DNA of 20,000 bases, taken from the IMG/VR virus record IMGVR_UViG_2636416135_000002; one strand, given 5' to 3'. The stretch's first letter is position 1; each line of letters starts with the position of its first letter. Under the pieces are notes generated by a model. It was not told where the DNA came from. It worked only from the letters and a program-made list of their open reading frames with translations, and ran no database searches. This stretch comes from an uncultured virus (IMG/VR IMGVR_UViG_2636416135_000002) (taxonomy: Duplodnaviria > Heunggongvirae > Uroviricota > Caudoviricetes). A program made the position numbers and the translations under genes. Below, in pieces: positions 8,245 through 14,285 of the stretch.

Positions 8245-9294
8245 ATGAAAAAATTAAATGAAGTTTGCAAAATTGTTGGACTAAATAGAAGGACGATTCA
8301 AGAATACGAATTCAATGGTTTAGCAAAGACTCCTGAAACAAAAAATAAATATGGACATTTGTTATATTCTGATGAGGATATTGAACGACTGTGGCAACTT
8401 AGATTCTATAAAGAATTGGGATATAAAAAAAGAGACATAGAAAAAATATTTAACGATCCTAAATATGACAAGCAAAAATCATTAGAAGCACAAATAAAGC
8501 TACTTGAAAAAAAGAAACAAGACTTAGAAAATCTGATTAACGTTGCAAAAGGGATGAGTACAATGGGAGTGAATACTTTCTCTCGAAAATCCAGTTCAAC
8601 ATTATTGGATGATATGCCTTTTGATACAGCAATATCTGTGCTTGGATTAGCTTTTAAAAATTTGTCAGATGAGGACGATTTGGATGAAATGATTACAGAT
8701 TCTTTAAATGAGGATGATTTAGATCTTTGGTTCGAAAATATTGAGAAGATCATGGAACAAGGGGGAAAAGGAAAAGCTTTTGATAATATAGAAGTGCAAG
8801 ATTTAGTTCATAAATTATATGATCTTACATCACCGTTATTCTCGCCATCTATGATGATGTTTGAATGGGCATATTTATGTTTGGTACCGGGATCTGAATT
8901 TGCTAATGAAATAGATCAGATTTTTGGAGTTAATAAATCTATTTATCTATTTGAAGCTATACAAACATTTATTAAGAATAATAAAAATAATGCTTATGAT
9001 AATGAATTACTTGATTGTTTTGAAAATATTAGAAAGTTGGGCTTAAAAAAATATCCAGCTAATTCGGATGAAGTGCAGGAAGAGGTAAGAAAAATTCATA
9101 GACTGATAGAGCAGATGAAGATTTATAACGAAAAAGGTCAAATGAATCTCATGACTTCATTTAGTAATTTATTTGCGAGTAATGAATATAAACAAATTAT
9201 TGATGGCGGAAAAGATAAAGGTGTTTCTTGGTTTATATCCAGAGCTCTTGAAATTTATATAAAAAATATAGAAGGAGGAAATGCTAATGAGTAA
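8245..9294 (+). CDS. MerR-family transcriptional regulator with two TipAS-like C-terminal domains
   Basis: N-terminal HTH LNEVCKIVGLNRRTIQEYEFNGL...GHLLYSDEDIERLWQLRFYKELG, then coiled coil. Repeated motifs FDNIEVQDLVHKL..YLFEAIQTF and ANSDEVQEEVRKIH..FISRALEIY. GAGGAG RBS before ATG 8245. Confidence 0.82.
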   Translation: MKKLNEVCKIVGLNRRTIQEYEFNGLAKTPETKNKYGHLLYSDEDIERLWQLRFYKELGYKKRDIEKIFNDPKYDKQKSLEAQIKLLEKKKQDLENLINVAKGMSTMGVNTFSRKSSSTLLDDMPFDTAISVLGLAFKNLSDEDDLDEMITDSLNEDDLDLWFENIEKIMEQGGKGKAFDNIEVQDLVHKLYDLTSPLFSPSMMMFEWAYLCLVPGSEFANEIDQIFGVNKSIYLFEAIQTFIKNNKNNAYDNELLDCFENIRKLGLKKYPANSDEVQEEVRKIHRLIEQMKIYNEKGQMNLMTSFSNLFASNEYKQIIDGGKDKGVSWFISRALEIYIKNIEGGNANE

Positions 9295-9661
9295 TCGAAG
9301 TAAAGAAATTATGGAACTTCTGAATGATAATGGTAAAAATGCTACTGATATGACGAGTGCATTAAAGAAAATTGGTGATGGGGATATGCAAAAAGGATTA
9401 AATACACTAGCAAGTTACTTTAAAAATACCGGAATTAATATAGGTGAAAAAAGTGGTTGGGTTAAAGGATCAGCCACTACACTTGGAGTGACACTTGCAA
9501 TAGGAGGAGGAGCTTATCTTATTGATAGATATAAAAAATACAAAGCAAATAAGGAATTAGAAGCTGAAGGTGAAAAAATTTATGAAGCGCTAAAAGAGAC
9601 AATTACTGTAGAAGAAAACGAAGGAGGTGAAGATGATGAGCGAGAGATTTCCGAATATTGA
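9287..9661 (+). CDS. Hypothetical single-TM protein (124 aa)
   Basis: AAGGAGG RBS, overlaps the merR stop; Gly-rich hydrophobic segment GSATTLGVTLAIGGGAYLI followed by basic residues. Confidence 0.75.
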   Translation: MSNRSKEIMELLNDNGKNATDMTSALKKIGDGDMQKGLNTLASYFKNTGINIGEKSGWVKGSATTLGVTLAIGGGAYLIDRYKKYKANKELEAEGEKIYEALKETITVEENEGGEDDEREISEY

Positions 9662-9818
9662 TTGGTACTGTGACCGTTGCAATGCTTACTTAAATTCACA
9701 GCCGGGATTTGATGACCATAAATATACATGGAAGTGTACAGAATGTGGTCATAAGAATAGTATTTCTTCCGATGATATTTATGAATCAGAAGAAGATTTC
9801 AGGAATGTGAATGATTAG
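9636..9818 (+). CDS. Small zinc-ribbon protein (CxxC-x18-CxxC), 60 aa; alternative start at 9633
   Basis: WYCDRC...WKCTECGHKN; AAGGAGGTGA RBS at 9621-9630; acidic tail. Confidence 0.8.
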   Translation: MSERFPNIDWYCDRCNAYLNSQPGFDDHKYTWKCTECGHKNSISSDDIYESEEDFRNVND

Positions 9819-9829
9819 GAGGAAGCCAT

Positions 9830-10039
9830 ATGTTAGTTCTTGGAGTTAATAAAATTCTTAATTGGTGTCAAATTGTATCTGGTGGTAGAAGATATACTTG
9901 CCCAACGAAAGAAATTGATGGGAAACTATTGTTTGCGTTCAAAAAAGCATGGCATCCAGTTGAAGAATATATTACCGAACATACGGATGAACTTGTTGAA
10001 GAAGGCGGACGAATTTTCTCAAGACCATTTAAAAAGTAA
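9830..10039 (+). CDS. Hypothetical protein (69 aa)
   Basis: AGGAGG RBS at 9817-9822, tight operon spacing; no family recognised. Confidence 0.7.
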   Translation: MLVLGVNKILNWCQIVSGGRRYTCPTKEIDGKLLFAFKKAWHPVEEYITEHTDELVEEGGRIFSRPFKK

Positions 10040-10053
10040 TATGAGGTGAAAAA

Positions 10054-10191
10054 ATGAACAGAGAAGAATTGAAAGAACAGATTGATGAGCTAATGAGACA
10101 GTATGCAGATGAAGAAATTGACGGAGCTACTTACGCACAAAAAATGATGGAGTTAACAACATCTGCTCAAAATGAAAACGACGAAGATTAA
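10054..10191 (+). CDS. Small acidic hypothetical protein (45 aa; not in the ORF track)
   Basis: Manual translation MNREELKEQIDELMRQYADEEIDGATYAQKMMELTTSAQNENDED; GAGGTG RBS at 10043-10048. Confidence 0.7.
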   Translation: MNREELKEQIDELMRQYADEEIDGATYAQKMMELTTSAQNENDED

Positions 10192-10256
10192 TCGGATAGT
10201 TTGCTTTTGTAAAGAAAATCACTAAAGAAGAATAAATCTAAACTTTACAAAAATTA

Positions 10257-10299
10257 TTACATAGCAGTCTTGTACTAATTGCAGTATGAGGCTGCTTTT
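10257..10299 (+). repeat. 43-bp direct repeat, copy 1 (folds as an intrinsic terminator)
   Basis: TTACATAGCAGTCTTGTACTAATTGCAGTATGAGGCTGCTTTT; 41/43 identical to 10753-10795. Confidence 0.95.
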
Positions 10300-10300
10300 T
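10263..10300 (+). terminator. Intrinsic terminator closing the MerR operon
   Basis: 14-bp stem AGCAGTCTTGTACT/AGTATGAGGCTGCT (3 G.U pairs), 6-nt loop, T-tract. Confidence 0.75.
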
Positions 10301-10343
10301 AATATCTACAATCAGTAATTTTATTGTTCTGTAGTCAGCATGA

Positions 10344-10373
10344 TTGTTTTAGCTAAAGTATTTATAGTATAGT
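10344..10373 (+). promoter_or_regulatory. Possible promoter for the 10405 gene
   Basis: TTGTTT (10344-10349), 18 nt, TATAGT (10368-10373); weak match in an AT-rich context. Confidence 0.35.
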
Positions 10374-10404
10374 AATTGCGACAGATATACGGGAGATAAG
10401 GAAC

Positions 10405-10740
10405 ATGTGTAAAAAAGCTGCGGCAGAAATTGAACAAAAGAAAACAGATATTTATTTAGCAGTCAGAGAGTATGAATTTATGAAGGCTTTAGCTGAAGAT
10501 AGCGATTTTAAAAGAACCGAAAATGCTATTAGCGACATTATAGAAAAGGAACGGATCATTTCTACAATGATGGACAACTATCTGACAGGTGTTGAGAAAA
10601 TCAGTGATAATGATTTGGCAAATCAATTCTTTCACTTCTATACAAACTATCGTGAACAGGAAGAAATGATGGAACAGAAGATGTATCTTCGAGGATTTAA
10701 GGATTGTATAGAGCTATTGAAGAAAACCGGTGTCATTTAG
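10405..10740 (+). CDS. Hypothetical helical protein (111 aa), DUF6809-like C-terminus
   Basis: ORF between the two 43-bp repeats; C-terminal YLRGFKDCIELLKKTGVI resembles small clostridial mobile-element proteins; GGGAG/AAGGA upstream. Confidence 0.7.
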   Translation: MCKKAAAEIEQKKTDIYLAVREYEFMKALAEDSDFKRTENAISDIIEKERIISTMMDNYLTGVEKISDNDLANQFFHFYTNYREQEEMMEQKMYLRGFKDCIELLKKTGVI

Positions 10741-10752
10741 ATCAAAAGTAAC

Positions 10753-10795
10753 TTACATAGCAGTCTTGTACTAATTATAGTATGAGGCTGCTTTT
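10753..10795 (+). repeat. 43-bp direct repeat, copy 2 (folds as an intrinsic terminator)
   Basis: TTACATAGCAGTCTTGTACTAATTATAGTATGAGGCTGCTTTT; differs from copy 1 only in two loop bases. Confidence 0.95.
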
Positions 10796-10802
10796 ATTTT
10801 TT
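10759..10802 (+). terminator. Intrinsic terminator immediately upstream of topB
   Basis: Same 14-bp stem as copy 1, followed by TTTATTTTTT. Confidence 0.75.
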
Positions 10803-10829
10803 CCCTAAAAACGAAAGGAGTCGATGAAA

Positions 10830-12887
10830 ATGAAATTAGTATTAGCGGAAAAGCCATCTGTTGCTCAGAGTATCGCCAAAGTTATCGGTGCTGCAAGCAG
10901 AAAAGACGGATACCTTGAGGGCAACGGATATATCGTCAGTTGGTGTATTGGTCATCTGGTAGAACTGGCAGAACCGGAAACCTATGATGAAAAGTACAAG
11001 AAATGGACTTATGATGATTTGCCTATCGTGCCAAGCAAGTGGAAATATGAAGTATCGTCTGCGACAAGAAAACAATTTACAGTATTGAAGAATCTGATGA
11101 AGCGAGAAGATGTTGACAGCCTTGTCTGTGCAACGGACGCTGGGCGTGAGGGAGAACTGATTTTCCGACTTGTCTATCATCAGTGCCACTGTACCAAGCC
11201 ATTTGAAAGACTTTGGATTTCTTCCATGGAAGATAGTGCAATCAAAGATGGATTTGAAAACCTAAAACCTTCCTCAGCTTATGACAGGCTGTATGAAGCT
11301 GCGTTATGTCGAGAGCGAGCCGACTGGCTAGTTGGTATCAATGCTACTCGGCTTTTTTCTTGCCTATATAGGCAGTCTTTAAGTGTTGGACGAGTGATGA
11401 CACCGACGCTTGCAATGACGGTACAAAGAGAAGCAGCTATTTCAGCTTTTAAGGAAGAAAGCTTTTATACGGTAGAGGTTGATTGTGATGGATTCATTGC
11501 AAGTAGTGAGCGTTATCAATCAAAAGAAGAAGCTGAAGCAGACAGAAAGAAATGCGAAGCGAAGGAAACGATTGATGTCATCAAAGTACGGACTAAGGAA
11601 AAATCAGAAAAAGCACCGGCTTTATATGACCTTACAAGTTTGCAAAGGGATTCCAACAGACTGCTTGGATATACAGCGAAGCAGACGCTTGATTATGCTC
11701 AAAGCCTATATGAAAAGAAGCTGATCACCTACCCTCGTACCGATAGCCGATTTATTACTGAAGATATGGAAAACGGTCTGTCTGAGCTGTTTGAACCAAT
11801 ACAAAAGTTCACAAAAAAAGAGCTTGCCGAGGTTGAAAAGAAGCAGATCATCAACAACAAGAAAGTAACAGACCATCATGCCATTCTTCCGACAAAAGAG
11901 ATTACCGGTATCAGCGAATCTGAGCTGCCAAGTGGCGAATTATCTATCTTGAATCTTATATGCCAGAGATTGCTGGTATCTATCAGAAAGCCTTATATCT
12001 TTGAAGAAACAACGGTGGAGCTTGCTTGTGGTGGCTTGCCTTTCAAAGTCAAAGGAAAAACGGTTTTAAGCATAGGCTGGAAAGCACTGAATCCAAAGGA
12101 AGAAAAAGAGAAGAATCAGATTCCAAAGCTGAAGGCAGGAGATGTTTTGAATATCCAAAAGGCAGAAGTCAAAGAAGGAAAGACATCACCACCGAAACAT
12201 TTTACAGAAGATACCTTGCTGTCAGCTATGGAGAATGCCAGTGCTGATGAAATGCCAAAAGAAGCAGAACGAAAAGGAATCGGAACACCTGCAACAAGAG
12301 CCGGAATTATCGAAAAACTGGTGCAGAAAGGCTATGTCAAACGAGTTGGCGATAAAAAGACAAAGAACCTCATTCCTACTGATGTTGGGGTTGCTCTTGT
12401 AACGGTTATGCCGGAGCAGATCCAATCGCCGACAATGACAGCCGAGTGGGAAGAAAAACTTATCGGAATTGAAAAAGGAGAAACGGAGGGAGAAGCGTTT
12501 ATGGAAGATATTCAGACAATGGTTAGAGATTTAGTAGGAACATACGAAGTTGTGAAAGGAGCAGATGTTATTATGCCAAATAAAAATCATGCAGTAGGTC
12601 GTTGCCCTCATTGCGGCAGTGAAGTAATCGAGCGTCAGAAAGGCTGGTTCTGCGACAACAAGCAGTGCCGATTCGTGTTATGGAAAGACAATGCGTTCTT
12701 TACCTATATCGGCAAAAAGATCAATCCTCATATTGTGGATCAGCTGCTTCGTGATGGAAAAGCAAGGCTCAAGGACTGCAAATCCAAGAAAACAGGCAAA
12801 AGCTACAATGCCGATGTGCTGTTAAGTACGGAAGCTGATGGTAGAGCAAAGTTTTCGCTGTCCTTTGAGCAGAAAGGAAAAAGGTAA
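10830..12887 (+). CDS. topB: Type IA DNA topoisomerase III (ICE-borne)
   Basis: Toprim LVLAEKPSVA, CATDAGREGELIF, SVGRVMTPTL, catalytic LITYPRTDS, GIGTPATRA, C-terminal Cys ribbon CPHC..C..C. GAAAGGAG RBS favours ATG 10830 over 10824. Confidence 0.95.
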   Translation: MKLVLAEKPSVAQSIAKVIGAASRKDGYLEGNGYIVSWCIGHLVELAEPETYDEKYKKWTYDDLPIVPSKWKYEVSSATRKQFTVLKNLMKREDVDSLVCATDAGREGELIFRLVYHQCHCTKPFERLWISSMEDSAIKDGFENLKPSSAYDRLYEAALCRERADWLVGINATRLFSCLYRQSLSVGRVMTPTLAMTVQREAAISAFKEESFYTVEVDCDGFIASSERYQSKEEAEADRKKCEAKETIDVIKVRTKEKSEKAPALYDLTSLQRDSNRLLGYTAKQTLDYAQSLYEKKLITYPRTDSRFITEDMENGLSELFEPIQKFTKKELAEVEKKQIINNKKVTDHHAILPTKEITGISESELPSGELSILNLICQRLLVSIRKPYIFEETTVELACGGLPFKVKGKTVLSIGWKALNPKEEKEKNQIPKLKAGDVLNIQKAEVKEGKTSPPKHFTEDTLLSAMENASADEMPKEAERKGIGTPATRAGIIEKLVQKGYVKRVGDKKTKNLIPTDVGVALVTVMPEQIQSPTMTAEWEEKLIGIEKGETEGEAFMEDIQTMVRDLVGTYEVVKGADVIMPNKNHAVGRCPHCGSEVIERQKGWFCDNKQCRFVLWKDNAFFTYIGKKINPHIVDQLLRDGKARLKDCKSKKTGKSYNADVLLSTEADGRAKFSLSFEQKGKR

Positions 12888-12890
12888 GCT

Positions 12891-13460
12891 ATGAGTAAAG
12901 AAATTCGATTTATCAACAGCAAGTATGATGATTTGTTCCGCATTCCGGACGGAGCAACAATCCAGATTGAGTTTTCCAATGAGCCGGTCATCAAGACTTG
13001 CAAATATATTGATGATTATCATACCAAGATCGGAAGCGAGCTATTTCACATCTGTCAGTTTGCAGAGATGATGGAGCGTGTCGGAGCAAAGTATTATCCG
13101 GAAGATGAGATTATAGACGAACAAGCAGCATGGAAAGTCGGTCAGAACCATTATCTTGCATTGCAGACCTCGGAAGATGGGTATGACTACACCCTGTATG
13201 ACAAGAACTTCAATGAGATCGATGGCGGTCAGCTTGATGATCCAGAGCTTTCAATGAAAGAAGCCAGAAAAGAAATCTTGAACGACTTTAAGCTTGGCAG
13301 AAAAGACTTAGTAACAATTGACTATGATGATCTTCTTGAAAAAGTGGAACAGGTCGAAACCAAACAGATTTCTTCAGTGCTTGAGAAGCTTAACAGCCAT
13401 AAAAAATCCATTTTGGAAAATAAACAGTCATCAGAGATGTTCTTTGATGAGGAAAGATAG
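12891..13460 (+). CDS. Polyvalent-protein-associated gene with LPD16-like domain
   Basis: IRFINSKYDDLFRIPDG..YIDDYH..FHICQFAE N-terminal module plus YLALQTSEDGYDYTLYDKNFNEIDGGQLD (LPD16-like). Confidence 0.7.
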   Translation: MSKEIRFINSKYDDLFRIPDGATIQIEFSNEPVIKTCKYIDDYHTKIGSELFHICQFAEMMERVGAKYYPEDEIIDEQAAWKVGQNHYLALQTSEDGYDYTLYDKNFNEIDGGQLDDPELSMKEARKEILNDFKLGRKDLVTIDYDDLLEKVEQVETKQISSVLEKLNSHKKSILENKQSSEMFFDEER

Positions 13461-13468
13461 AGGAAACT

Positions 13469-14062
13469 ATGATGAAGATAGAAAAATGGGACGAAATCAA
13501 TGGAGCCAGCCATGAGAAAAAGCTAGAAGCATTTATTGAATCGACCAACGACTGCTATGCCATCATGCAGCTTAAAAGAACGGAAGAAACAGCAATGGAA
13601 CGATTTGCTTCGATGACAGAGCTGAACTATTTGGGAAAGACGCCACAGATCGATCATTATGAAATCGTTTATGTCGCACCTATGGAATCGACTGAACCGC
13701 AGAGCGTTCTGCTTGAAAGCCTATACGAAAAATTCAACCTCTATCATCCGGAAGATTTTCGAGGACATAGTTTATCGGTCAGCGACATCGTGGCATTGAA
13801 AACAAATGATATGGTATCCTGCCATTACGTTGATACGATTGGTTTCAAAGAACTGCCGGACTTTATGAAGCCTGAGAACTATTTGAAAAATGCAGAAATG
13901 TCGATGGAAGATGATTATGGAATGATTGACGGTGTCATCAACAACGGAAAAGGCATGGATAGTCTGGAGAAACCATCTGTTTTAGAAAAACTGAAAGAAC
14001 CGTCAGCCATAGGAGAAATCAAAAAGCCTTCCAAAGCACATTTGGAAAGAGAGCTGGAATGA
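13469..14062 (+). CDS. YodL-domain / DUF4316-like protein
   Basis: YodL signature LESLYEKFNLYHPEDFRGHSLSVSDIV..HYVDTIGF; DUF4316-like ENYLKNAEMSMEDDYGMIDGVINNG. Confidence 0.85.
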   Translation: MMKIEKWDEINGASHEKKLEAFIESTNDCYAIMQLKRTEETAMERFASMTELNYLGKTPQIDHYEIVYVAPMESTEPQSVLLESLYEKFNLYHPEDFRGHSLSVSDIVALKTNDMVSCHYVDTIGFKELPDFMKPENYLKNAEMSMEDDYGMIDGVINNGKGMDSLEKPSVLEKLKEPSAIGEIKKPSKAHLERELE

Positions 14063-14268
14063 TGGAATTTACGCATGATGAAAAAATATTGATACTGATT
14101 TATCAGACAGGAACAAGAAAAGATTTGATTGAAACATTGGAACAGATGAAAGCACAGCTTGATTATGATGAAACAGAACTAAAGGAAATGAGCGAATCGC
14201 TTCTTCTGAAGCTGAACAGGATGAGCGACAAGGAATTCGACGGTCTGTGCTTTTATCCAGACATTTAA
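14059..14268 (+). CDS. Transposon-transfer-assisting (TTRAP-like) small protein
   Basis: FTHDE..LI.IYQTGTR..LIE.L..M...L..DETELKE...SLL.KL..MSD.EF..L.FYPD pattern; ATGA overlap with the previous gene. Confidence 0.78.
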   Translation: MMEFTHDEKILILIYQTGTRKDLIETLEQMKAQLDYDETELKEMSESLLLKLNRMSDKEFDGLCFYPDI

Positions 14269-14285
14269 GGACGGGAGGTTAGCAG

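Noticed and set aside
9840..10049. Alternative-frame 69-aa ORF overlapping 9830-10039
   Set aside because: TTG start lacks a properly spaced RBS, whereas ATG 9830 follows AGGAGG.
10257..10795. 43-bp repeats as a CRISPR array or integron attC sites
   Set aside because: Only two copies 496 bp apart, no cas or integron integrase gene, no GTTRRRY/RYYYAAC cores; hairpin plus T-tract fits a terminator.
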